From assembly GCF_006345805.1 (NCBI RefSeq), contig NW_021836740.1:1-23013 (forward strand): a DNA stretch of 23,013 bases, written 5' to 3'. The DNA comes from Octopus sinensis (taxonomy: Eukaryota). Position numbers and translations under genes: made by a program. This document shows, piece by piece, positions 10,111-19,863 of the stretch. The notes beneath the pieces were generated by a model, which worked only from the letters and a program-made list of their open reading frames with translations, made no database searches and was not told the DNA's origin. Each line of letters begins with the position of its first letter. The stretch's first letter is position 1.

Positions 10111-10987
10111 GAGGGTTGTGCTGTGTCAGAGTGTCGATATACAAGAAATCTGCATTTGATTATGACAATGGCACAGTGATCTAATTACAAACCTCACTAT
10201 GTGCTAATTACTAATAAATTCTAATCCCATTCATTTATATCTCTTAGCAGCTAATTAATATTTCTCCTTCTTCTTTCGTTACCAACATAATCCGCAGTGA
10301 TCCATTATTTTCCACCACATCGCACCACCCCCAACCCACCCCTTCCTCTGCTTTCATTTAGGAAGCATCGTTAACGACCAGAAAGTTTATCTTTTTTGTT
10401 ATCCAACAAAGCAACTTACTTTGGTGTTGTCTCCATGTCACACTCAATTCCATTCCACCTCGTTACTTTACTTTGGCTATTAGCACATAATTAATTCCTC
10501 TGTACACTAATTCCTTTTCATACATACATACAATTGTCTCAAATCAAAAGCCTGAAGATTAAATTCTTTCTCTTTGTTTTTTGTTGTTTTTTTTTGTTTT
10601 TGTTTTTTTGTTTTTTGTTTGTTTGTTTTTAAATACTTTTTTGGTTTTTCTGCTTTTGTCATGTTTGATGGTTGACCAAAAAGTTTCTGGGAACTTATGG
10701 AAGAGGAATTTTATTACAGTTATAATGCATACATTATATCTTTTATCTTTTACTTACTTGTTTCAGTCATTAGACTGTGGCCAAGCTGGGGTGCCTCCTT
10801 GAACAAATGGACTCCAATATTTATTTTTTTCTAAACTTGGTACTTATCCCATCAATCTCTTTTTGCCAAACTGTTAAGTTACAAAGACAAACAGACCAAC
10901 ATTGGTTGTCAAACAGTGATGGGGGTACAGACACACACACACATAGGTGTGTGTGTTTGTGTATACATGACAACTTTCTTTCATTTC

Positions 10988-11233
10988 TATATTTAGATGA
11001 GGAAATATTTACATTTGACAGATATTTGTCCTCATCTTGTTTGTTATTAACACAACGCTTCGGCTGATATACCCTCCAGCCTTCATCAGGTTTTTTGGAG
11101 AAATTTCGAACCTGGGTTCTCATTCCTAAGGTATTTTTTGATGTTGTTGTTATTATTATTGTTCACTGCTTGGAATCGAACTCAGAATCTTGGAGTTAGT
11201 AGCCAGTGCTCTTAACCCCTATACTATATGCCC
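10988..11233 (-). mobile_element. tRNA-headed element carrying a Penelope-type hammerhead
   Basis: Minus strand: tRNA-like head 11233-11161 with B-box GAGTTCGATTCC, (AAT/AAC)n linker, hammerhead motif, tail. Confidence 0.62.
11051..11093 (-). ncRNA. Minimal type I hammerhead ribozyme, decayed
   Basis: CUGAUGA-A-GGCUG-GAGGGUAUAU-CAGCC-GAAG(C)GUU-GUG. Core GAAA reads GAAG and stem I is weakened. Confidence 0.6.
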
Positions 11234-11720
11234 TTCGACCAAATCCAGTCACAAGGCTTTGGTCAACCTGGGGCTATAGTAGAAGGCACCTGCCCAAGGT
11301 ATCACATGGTGAGACTGAACCCAGAACCATGTGGTTGGGAAGCGATCTTCTTACCACACCATCACACCTGTACCTGGGTCTAAATAAATCCATCATTAAA
11401 TTTTTAAGTAGGAAGTTTTTGAGTTACTTTTTCTTAAGTTTCCTAAAAGCTATGTTAATAGTGACAAAATTTGTTATCTTACTAAATCTTTACACATTCT
11501 TAATTATTTTCGAAATTAATTAAAACAAATGAAGAAATGTGGTCATAAAAACATTAAAGTAAGTTAATTAAAACGTGTATAGTAATGTGCCAAATGGAAT
11601 TGTTAAAGGAATTTTGATGCTAAATCTCTCGTACATTGGTTCTGTCTTTTCTAAAATGTAATGGATAATGAAACTGATAGTGGAACTGTGATATAGTGTA
11701 TGTATATACTATACTGCAGT

Positions 11721-12027
11721 GAGGCACATGACTCAATAGTTAGAGCATCAGGCTCTGGACCAGGCTGTGTGTTGTGTTCTTGAGCAAGACACTTTGTTTC
11801 ACATTGCTCCAGTTCACTCAGCTGTAGAAATGAGTTGTGACGTCACAGGTGCCAAGCTGTATCGGCCGTTGCCTTTCCCTTGGATAACACTAGTGGTGTG
11901 GAGAAGGGAGGCCGGTATGCATGGGCGACTGCTGGTCTTCCATAAACAACCTTGCCTGGACTTGTGCCTGGGAGGGTAACTTTCTAGGTGCAATCCCATG
12001 GTCTGTGTCATGACCGAAGGGGGTCTC
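11721..12027 (+). mobile_element. Family-C tRNA/CORE-like SINE, tail type 1
   Basis: GCACATGACTCAATAGTTAGAGC head and TGTGTTCTTGAGCAAGACACTT CORE-like segment, shared with 13002-13302. Confidence 0.7.
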
Positions 12028-12478
12028 AGTGTGTGTATGATGATAATGTTGTGTGTGATAGTGTATGGTAGTCAATGGCATATATGTGGGTATATGTATG
12101 ATTGTGTGCAATTGTAATGCTTATGTGCGTGATAATGCACAACAATGAAACTATTAGTGTGGCAAGTTTTTGTTCCCTAGCTCTCAGGTTAGCCTTATCT
12201 AAACAGATCTGTAGTGAAAAGCATTCCAATCGTGACCTGCCATTCTGTTTTCTCCTGACTGTGTCTAATCAGGACAACATTATCCAGTGTGTCTTTCTCT
12301 TACGACGACAGCAGTATTTCATAAGAGATTTGACTGCTATTTCTAGTAGGTCGAGTGATTATGTAGTGGTGCCTTCATTGGCTCATAACACCCAAGTAGA
12401 AGAGAGCTGAACATCCCAACAAACTAGTGTAGTATCATTAAACTACCTGCCAATGTTTTTGTATTATTATATTTAGGT

Positions 12479-12910
12479 GAAGGCTGGTGAGTTGGCAGAA
12501 TGGTTAGCATGCTGGACAAAATGCTTAGCAGCATTTCATCTGTCTTTACATTCTGAGTTCAAATTTTGCCGAGGTCAGCTTTGTCTTTCATCCCTTTTGG
12601 GGTTAATAAAATAAGTACTAGTTAAGCACTGGGGTCAATGTTACTGACTAGCCCTCTCCCTCAAATTTCAGGCCCATACCTATAGTAGAAAGGCTAAAAA
12701 AGGCAGTGAGCTGGCAAGATTGTTAGCATGCTGGACAAAATGCTTAACAGTATTTCATCCATCTTTATGTTCTGAGTTCAAATTCCACCGAGGTCACCTT
12801 TGCCTTTCATCCTTTCTGGATCAATAAGCGCTGTTTGAAAACTGGAGTTGATGTAATCAACTTACATCCTCTCTGAAATTGCTGGCCTTGTGCCAAAATT
12901 TGAATCAATA
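12479..12910 (+). mobile_element. Two tandem family-B SINEs
   Basis: Heads at about 12479 and 12699; same head, B-box and middle motifs as 7758-8154. Confidence 0.8.
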
Positions 12911-13001
12911 TATTATATTTAGGTGATTTCGAAGTGGTTTGGCAAGTTAGTATGACCAAAAGTAGCTTAACTGTTGTTATAAGCTGTATTTCTCATTGTG
13001 A

Positions 13002-13302
13002 ATGCATGTGGCTTAGTGGTTAAGGCATTCGGCTCACAATAGTAAGTTTAGGAGTTCAATTCCCGGCAATGCGTTGTGTCCTTGAGCAAGACACTTTATT
13101 TCACATTGCTCTAGTCTACTCAGCTGGCAAAAATTTCAAAGGGCCAGCCTTGTCACACTGTGTCACACTGAACCTCCCTGAGAACTACATTAAGGGTACA
13201 CGTGTCTATGAAGTGCTCGACCACTTGCACGTTACTGTCATGAGCAAGCTGTTCCATTGATCGTATCAGCTGGGACTCTCATCATCGTAACTGACAGAGT
13301 GC
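13002..13302 (+). mobile_element. Family-C tRNA/CORE-like SINE, tail type 2
   Basis: A and B boxes plus TGTGTCCTTGAGCAAGACACTT. Confidence 0.75.
13009..13062 (+). promoter_or_regulatory. Intact Pol III type-2 promoter (A box and B box) in SINE head
   Basis: TGGCTTAGTGG at 13009-13019 and GTTCAATTC at 13054-13062 match the consensus. Confidence 0.6.
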
Positions 13303-13468
13303 TCCTAGATTTCTCATTACATATGAAGAAAGATACCTTCAGATTGAAATGTTCTGGTTATTGGGTTGTGTCTGATCTGATAAGCAGAGCCGGCAGCTCA
13401 TGTCTTGAAAATCAACCTTACTCTTTAACAAGTTGTTTAGAATAACCTGAAGATCTGGAACATGTTCT

Positions 13469-13708
13469 ACATGTTTCAGTCATTAAACTGTGGCCATGCT
13501 GGAGTACCTCCTTGAGAGGTTCAGTTGAACAAGGCAACCCCATGGTACTTATTCTGTAAGCCTCTTTTGCTGAATTAAGATTTAAGGATGTAAACGAACC
13601 AACACCAGTTGTCAAGTGGAGGTGAGGGACAAACAAGGCAATTCCATGGAATATATTTTAAAGTCTGGTACTTATTCTATTGATCTCTTTTGCTGAACTG
13701 CTAAATTT
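13469..13708 (-). mobile_element. Family-A SINE 3' part with internal partial duplication
   Basis: TTTCAGTCATTAAACTGTGGCCATGCTGG tail; GGTACTTATTCT...CTCTTTTGCTGAA segment occurs twice. Confidence 0.7.
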
Positions 13709-13854
13709 GTGTGTGTGTGTGTGTACACATACATACTATGTATAAGTGCATGCACACACATACACATGCATGCACATTCAAATCCTGTGGAGGTCAACTC
13801 ACTCCTTTAGTTTTTTTTTAAATAAATAAAATTAGTATCAATAATTATATCTAA

Positions 13855-14074
13855 CCCCTTAACATTTGAACTGGCTATATCTGGCCCAAATATTCTACAT
13901 GTTTTGTATTCAAACAGGCCATATCCGACCTCTCACACCTACCTTACATTACCAATGTCATTCTAAAAATAATCACATCATCAAAATCTCAAAGCTACAA
14001 GATAATACACGATTAATTCAATCCAATGTGAATAAGCAAGCATTACATTTGGCAATAACTGGAATGCTAAAGCA
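13855..14074. mobile_element. Decayed piggyBac-like MITE
   Basis: Ends CCCCTTAACATT and AATGCTAAAGCA (8/12 inverted match); flanks CTAA and TTAG resemble a decayed TTAA duplication. Confidence 0.4.
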
Positions 14075-14447
14075 TTAGATTTTAACAGTTGACTGTAAAC
14101 CCCACCCACACTGCACTCTAAAAGTCAGTCTTTTTTTTTATTAATCAAAATCTTTAATTATATGTAAACTTTTATTTTTCTGTTCTTTCAGATGGAACAT
14201 AAATAAATTTGGATATTTACATTTTTACAGATGAAGAGATTTCATGAAGTCAGTTTCAATTCATTGGTAAGCATAAAAGTTGGTCTTTTATTGTTGAGCT
14301 TGTCTATGTTGTTGCAGGTCAACTCTTTATAGTTGTCAGAGAGGCCTAAACACCCAGATTATAAACTTGCAAGGGTGGAGAATCTCTTGTTTGCATTAAA
14401 ATTGAAACTAACTGCAGATGAGGTTTAAAGATAAAGAGATATATTGT

Positions 14448-14847
14448 AATCATGGCTGATGCCAGTGCCATCTGACTGGCACCCATGCCAGGGGTATGTA
14501 AACGGCACCGTTTGAGTGTTGGGCCTCATGGAGGCAGTGACAGGTGACCCAGACCTTTGGCGATATACTGTGCTTGTATTGACCTGTCAAACCAAGTGAA
14601 ACCGTAGTCGTGGCTGATGCTGGTGTCAGGTCATTACGTGCCACCCACACTGGTGGCACGTAAAAAACACCCACTACATTCTTTGAGTGGTTGGCATTAA
14701 GAAGGGCATCCAGCTTTTAGAAACTTAGTAAAATCAGATTGGAACCTGGTGCAGCCCTCCCTCCCTCCTCCGACCTACATGTTTTTGGTCAAACCATTCA
14801 ACTCTTGCCAGCATGGAAAGCAGATGTTAAATGATGAATTATGATGA
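14448..14847 (+). mobile_element. Family-D RTE-tailed element
   Basis: GGTGGCACGTAAAAAACACC, GGCATTAAGAAGGGCATCCAGC and GCCAGCATGGAAAGCAGATGTTAAATGATGA; reverse-complement homolog of 5223-6280. Confidence 0.75.
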
Positions 14848-14965
14848 GTGGGTGCTGAAAAGTTCCTGCATCTAAGGGTATTCTGAAAGGCGTGGTTGAA
14901 GGCCCAACCTTCTTTTACAGGGCTTAGAAAATCTAAAGAACCACTGTAATAAGAGGGAAGTATAT
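14846..14965 (+). mobile_element. Mariner-derived short element, left part
   Basis: TIR-like GGGTGCTGAAAAGTTCCTG followed by a transposase C-terminus-like LQGLENLKNHCNK (14915-14953). Right end lost in the microsatellite. Confidence 0.5.
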
Positions 14966-15104
14966 ATATGTGTGTGTGTGTGTATGTATATATAGATAGG
15001 TGTGTGTGTATGTATATATAGATAGATAGATGTGTATATATATATGTGTGTGTGTGTGTCTGTCTGTCTGTCTGTCTGTGTATATCTGTCTGTTTGTGTG
15101 CGTA

Positions 15105-15143
<39 letters not shown>

Positions 15144-15151
15144 TCATCATC
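14962..15151. repeat. TG/TA/TCTG/ATAG compound microsatellite
   Basis: Direct reading. Confidence 0.9.
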
Positions 15152-15360
15152 ATGTGTATGTGTCTTTGTATCTGTTTGTCTCCCTATCACTGCTTGACAA
15201 CTGGTGTTGCCAAATTAGTAGTTTGGCAAAAGAGACCAACAGAATAAGTATACTAGGCTTAAACAACGAGTCCTGGGATTGATTTCTTCGACTGAAAAAA
15301 ACCCTTGAAGGTGGTGCGCAGTCATATGACTGAAACATGTAAAAGAATAAAAGAACAATA
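15152..15360 (+). mobile_element. Family-A SINE 3' half
   Basis: CTTGACAACTGG...GGCAAAAGAGACC...CAGTCATATGACTGAAAC and AAAAGAAT tail. Confidence 0.75.
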
Positions 15361-15626
15361 AGAACGCGTTCATGAATGAAGCAGAGACTCAACACCTGTT
15401 TCTGTCTTCAATAGGTTTTGGCTCTTGCCTAGAAAGAACCATATTTCTAAAACTTAGGTTGTTGACATACTCTTTGCCTCTGCAATACAAAATTTTAAAT
15501 AATCATACTTAAATTAAAACATTCCACCATATTTTTAAGAATCTTTTATGATATTATGTTGCAGAAATGTAGAACAAGTATTTTGCTAAATTTCTCAAAG
15601 TTCCTGATTATCTTGAAATTAATTAA

Positions 15627-15871
15627 CCCTTTTGTTACCATAATTTTGCTAAATCTCTCTAAAGTGTTGATTATTTTGTTATTACACTGCTTTTGTTGCA
15701 ATTAATTTTGAAAATAATGACGAATTTGGTAAAACAACTTTGTCATTAATTTTGTTTTTGGAACATAAATTAACATGAAATTTTGTATAGATTTTAATTT
15801 AGATCAATTTAAAACTGGAAGATTGTATCCTGGATTGAGGAGCAGTGCTAGGTGGGTTGTTATGAAAAGGG
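15627..15871. mobile_element. piggyBac-type MITE with TTAA target duplication
   Basis: TTAA|CCCTTTTGTTACC ... GTTATGAAAAGGG|TTAA (10/13 inverted match). A related internal fragment lies inverted at about 11455-11530. Confidence 0.65.
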
Positions 15872-16126
15872 TTAAAACAGTGTATTTTCATTAGAAATCA
15901 AAATTCCTTTTTTTATTTCTATTTTACTCGTGTTTTCCATACTGGTAGGAGTTGGGATCTCTGTCACTTCCTCATCTCCTACTTACAATACTGTTGGTAT
16001 AACGAACAACATTAGATCAGTCAAGTCTAAATATATTCTTTCCCCTCATATGACTATCCATATCTTTCTACTGTTTGTTTCATCATTTGTTTTATGTTCA
16101 CTTTTTAGTGTTAGCATGGGTTAGAC

Positions 16127-16285
16127 CAGTAGTTCTCAACTGCAATCCACAAGGCCCTTGAGGGTTCATATAACATTTTGTTGTTTAAATTTGTTCAATA
16201 AAATTGCTTCTACTTCTACGTTACACAAAGTATTTTACTTTTTTAATACAATTCCTAATAATATTTAATTATAGAAATACACAGT
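16127..16285. mobile_element. hAT-like element, left end only
   Basis: Starts CAGTAGTTCTCAAC after GGTTAGAC; right end not found. Confidence 0.4.
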
Positions 16286-16479
16286 TCTATATTTAAGAAA
16301 TGAGGAATTATGTACATTATTTACATTTGACAGATGAGGACAAATATCCTGTGTTCCTTTCTGTGGAAGAGCGTAGGCTCGAAACTTTAAAGACTTTCAT
16401 TTCCCAAACGTTATACTAATACATCTGTTTGTTGTCTACACCACCTGTCTTCGTCTTTTTTTTTTGTGAATTCTCCCTA
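16286..16479 (+). mobile_element. Penelope-related hammerhead-bearing repeat
   Basis: Shares TTTACATTTGACAGAT with the 10988-11050 segment, then a second hammerhead motif; ends at a (TA)n tract. Confidence 0.5.
16357..16392 (+). ncRNA. Minimal type I hammerhead ribozyme, decayed
   Basis: CUUU-CUGUGGA-A-GAGC-GUAG-GCUC-GAAAC-UUU-AAAG. Stems I and II pair; CUGANGA has A to U and stem III lacks its G. Confidence 0.5.
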
Positions 16480-16672
16480 TATATATATATGTGTGTGCGT
16501 GTATATGTTTGTATTTATCCTCTCCACCATTGCTTGACAATGAAGTGTTGCATGATATCAAAACAAGAAGATGTTAATGTGCAGTGGTGCATGCAAACCT
16601 GCACATGGACATATGGGTCTTCCCACACTGTTTCTATCTCCTGAATTTTACTCTGAAGGCAATTGGGTAAAC

Positions 16673-16956
16673 CAGCAGTTCCCAAACTTTTTCAGGCTGC
16701 TCCCCACTTGGCACCTAGGCCACATTCCTGCCCCCACCATCACCACAAACACTGACCACTTTCTGCTTCAAATTCAAAATAGCTGTATTTCACAAATAAA
16801 ATTTAACCTAATCGACCCATTATTTAGGTGTTTTTACATCCATCTCTCCCTTCCAGCCACCCCATTATCATCCCACTTTTCTTCAACACCCCTACCCATT
16901 TCTCCACTGCTCTCCTTCGAGGGTGGGAGCAGTACTACCCACTTTGGATACCACCA
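16673..16956. mobile_element. hAT MITE with 8-bp target-site duplication
   Basis: CAGCAGTTCCCAAA ... TTTGGATACCACCA ends; flanks GGGTAAAC (16665-16672) and GGTTAAAC (16957-16964), 7/8 identical. Confidence 0.65.
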
Positions 16957-17957
16957 GGTTAAACAAATGCCTTAGTTTACCCAGACATTTACTCAATGCT
17001 GCTCAGCAAGATAGATCCTACAGAGAACCACATGGGCATGCTTGACTGTGCATTGTGGAATACGAGTCTCCCAAATCATCTTCTTACATAAAAATAGAAT
17101 AACCACGCAATAATTTTCATAGACAAAAATAAAAGTCTAATTTAATTCTGTTCTATACTCATGTGCATAACAATGGTTCTTTATTTTCTTTATTTTTTAT
17201 TTTTTGTGAACAACAGATGGTTTACAGATCAATAAAACTTTTGCTGTAAAGATTAATCATATTGATCATATTGATTATTATTTTTTAGCAATAAGATGGT
17301 TCGATAGAAATATATTTATTTCACATGTATTTATTTGTAGTGGATGTCTCCTTTCTCTCCCTCCCTCCCTCTCTCTCTCTATCTCTCTCTCTCTGGTTTA
17401 TCTGCCTATATGGTTTATCTGCCTGCTCCCCACTCTCCTGTTCACAAAATGTGACAACTTGATAGCTAAACACATAGGGTTCCCTTCTGTAGTTCCCATG
17501 GAGACAGCCACATACAGCTGTTTGGCAGAGATGGGGGTAGTATAACTATAACCCCCCCCCCTCACACATCCTAAAACAAAGAACCAGAGCCAGAGAGAAA
17601 TGGATTTAGTGATGGAATATGATATAATAGATAGATCCATAAAAGCCAAGAGGTAGGATGGGTGTGGACAGGGTGGAAGGTGTCTCAAAGACAACAAGTG
17701 AGTGGTGAGGAATTAGTGGTTGTTAAGATAACTGGGAGTAGATTAGTGATTTCTTTGTTAAAACTATGCATAGTACTGTGGTCAGCAGGGTGAGAGTTAG
17801 TAACAAGTTCAGTAGTGATTTTAGTACATGCAACAGGTGTACATCAATGAATTCCTTTCTGCCCCCTCTTGTTTATTATATAGTTCATCAGGCCATAACA
17901 GGGGAGTCCAGGACTGACTGTTCATGGGGATTCCTTTATGTCTGCCACCGAGGTCTT

Positions 17958-18182
17958 GTAGCTGGTCATGTTAGAAAGGATTGTTCTGGGTTCAAATTCT
18001 GCTGACAGCGTCTTAGGCTGACGTCTCGGGCATCCTGCCGGATGGTCCCGGAGACATCCACCTGCCGACTGCAAGCCCTCAATATAGTCTTGACCCCCTT
18101 TCGGGGTTGAAGTACCAGTTGAGTACTTGGGTCAATGTAATCAACTATCTCCCTCCCTTTGTGCCTATAGTAGAAAGGGTTA

Positions 18183-18237
<55 letters not shown>

Positions 18238-18705
18238 GAAGGCGGTGAGCTGGCAGAACTGTTAGCATGCTGGACAAAATGCTTAGAGGTATTTTGTCTG
18301 CCTTTATGTTCTGTGTTCAAATTCCACCAAGGTTGACTTTGCTTTTCGTCCATTCAGGATCAATAAAACAAGTACCAGTCGAGTACTGGGGATGATGTAA
18401 TTGACTCAGCCCCTTCCTCAAAAACTGCTGTCTCTGTGCTAAAATTTGGAACTATTATTATTCCGCCATGGTCAACTTTATCTTTCATCCTCTCAGGGTT
18501 GATAAAATAAGTACCAGTTGAACACTGGGGTTGATGTAATCAACTCATCCCCAAGCTGCCCTTGTGGTAAAAATTTGAAATATTAATTACTATTTAGGTG
18601 GCGAGCTGGCAGAATCATTAGCATGCTGGATGAAATACTTTCCAAGTTCAAATTCCACCAAGGTCGACTTTGCCTTTCCTCCTTTTGGGGTTAATTAATT
18701 AAGTA
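17958..18705 (+). mobile_element. Cluster of four family-B SINE copies or fragments
   Basis: Copies start near 17958 (with insertion), 18238, 18462 (3' half) and 18594, joined by (TTA)n tails. Confidence 0.78.
18186..18237. repeat. (TTA)17 microsatellite (SINE tail)
   Basis: Direct reading. Confidence 0.95.
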
Positions 18706-18966
18706 TATATATTATATATATATATATTATATATATATATATATATATAATATGTGTGTGTGTGTACAGAGGGGTGACATTTAGTAGAAATGAACTGGAA
18801 GTGATCCTCTTCAATAACTATCATGAACAGCAGTAGCTTTCTTCAAACAAATACATGTCGTTGATTGGTCGAAATTACCCAAATACAACAACTTTAACAT
18901 GAAATAACTTCTAAAATACAAAATTTTGTCAAAAACGTCGTTCAGAGTAAATTGAAGACCAGTTTA

Positions 18967-19029
18967 TGGGATTGCCTTAGGTTTCACGTCCATAAAGGGC
19001 TTAGCTTTATGGTGTATCATCAGATCCCA
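18967..19029 (-). ncRNA. Type I hammerhead ribozyme, cleavage triplet mutated
   Basis: UGGGAU-CUGAUGA-U-stem II (CCAUAAAG/CUUUAUGG)-GAAA-CC-UAA-GG-CA-AUCCCA; triplet is GCA instead of GUA. Confidence 0.7.
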
Positions 19030-19243
19030 AAACCTGTTGGCTTAAGGCCTGTCTAGTGAGGCTATAAAGGCCTATCCATACCAACATCTGATTTCTAAAA
19101 AACGCAAATAGGTCCCTAATCTTCTTCTTCTCAGATAAGACTAAAAACATATATAGGATAGACACCTTTAATTATGATAGGCTGCTAGAAAAAATATCAC
19201 ACAGAATTGTAGGCATGCAGAGAGGCCCTAAGCCAACAGGCTC

Positions 19244-19306
19244 TGGGATCTGATGATATTCCATAAAGGTAAGACTTTTATGGACCTGAAACCTAAGGTA
19301 ATCCCA
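19244..19306 (+). ncRNA. Type I hammerhead ribozyme with intact core
   Basis: Stem I UGGGAU/AUCCCA, CUGAUGA 19250-19256, stem II CCAUAAAG/UUUUAUGG, GAAA 19288-19291, stem III ACC-UAA-GGU, GUA site with predicted cut after 19300. Base of stem II is imperfect. Confidence 0.78.
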
Positions 19307-19332
19307 TAAACCAGCCTTATCTAACTTTAATA

Positions 19333-19586
19333 CATGGTCTAATCAAAAGTATCCAGACTGTTTCCATAGTAACGAAGATAAAGCACACAGAGTGAAACTG
19401 CTTGGTACAGATTGATCTTAAACTCTGCTGTACATGCGCACTAAGTTTTAACATTCTAACTCACTTCTGCTGTTTACAGCAGTGCTTGGGAGGAAAGGTG
19501 TATAATATGTGATCATCGCATTGACCATGGCAGAGAAAGTTGAGCAGAGAATTTGTATCAAATTTTGCCAAAAGCGTGGCGATACC
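19333..19586 (+). mobile_element. Mariner transposon 5' end, truncated by a SINE
   Basis: TA|CATGGTCTAATCAAAAGTATCCAGACT TIR-like end, then the transposase start. Confidence 0.75.
19527..19586 (+). pseudogene. Mariner transposase N-terminal fragment
   Basis: MAEKVEQRICIKFCQKRGDT matches the mariner EQRxxIKFC N-terminal motif. Confidence 0.75.
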
Positions 19587-19863
19587 TATTTTTTGTAAGC
19601 CTAGCACTTATTCTATCAGTCTCTTTTGCTGAACTGCTAAGTTACAGGGACATAAACACACCAATATCGGTTGTCAAGCAATGGTGGGGGTGGGGACAAA
19701 CATATATATACACCACAGGCTTTCAGTTTTTGCCCACCAAATCCACTTTCAAGGCTTTGGTTGGCCCAAGGCTGTAGTAGAAGACACTTGCCCAAGGTAC
19801 CATGCAGTGAGGACTGAATCCAGAACCATGTGGTTGGGAAGCAAGCTTCTTACCACACAGCCA
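19587..19863 (-). mobile_element. Family-A SINE (left member of inverted pair)
   Basis: Head TGGCTGTGTGGTAAG, CCTTGGGCAAGTGTC CORE-like segment, CTTGACAACCG domain. Confidence 0.85.

Larger units (their letters stand above)
10736..11375 (-). mobile_element. Family-A SINE split by a nested insertion
   Basis: 3' half at 10736-10987 and 5' half from about 11236 (ACCAAATCC...) are colinear with intact copies. Confidence 0.75.
18963..19310. mobile_element. Inverted-repeat element with a hammerhead in each arm (Penelope-like inverted pLTRs or MITE-like)
   Basis: Arms 18962-19050 and 19223-19311 match at 79/89 without gaps; CCAG at 18959-18962 and 19311-19314. Confidence 0.8.

Noticed and set aside
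9247-10179. 310-aa and 292-aa Ser/Leu-rich ORFs
   Set aside because: Artefacts of the CT minisatellite.
10170-10510. Cluster of TAAT/ATTA homeodomain-like sites (also Sox and E-box-like words near 17170-17270)
   Set aside because: Expected at this AT content; cannot be supported without conservation or chromatin data.
11161-11233. tRNA gene (also other tRNA-like heads such as 13002-13065)
   Set aside because: A and B boxes are present, but no complete cloverleaf with a paired acceptor stem was found, and the heads continue into SINE bodies.
15981-15992. Possible 4-nt minus-strand microexon (CAG|TATT|GTAAGT)
   Set aside because: Such short motif pairs arise by chance in 23 kb; no supporting evidence.
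17860-17895. Minus-strand CTGATGA as a possible hammerhead
   Set aside because: No paired stem II and no correctly placed GAAA plus stem III.
18764-18958. Possible DNA-transposon fragment left of the hammerhead element
   Set aside because: No matching terminal repeat, target duplication or coding motif could be shown within the window.
19092-19253. 53-codon open stretch ending at the TGA inside the hammerhead core
   Set aside because: No upstream start codon and no recognisable RT or GIY-YIG motif; too short to call.
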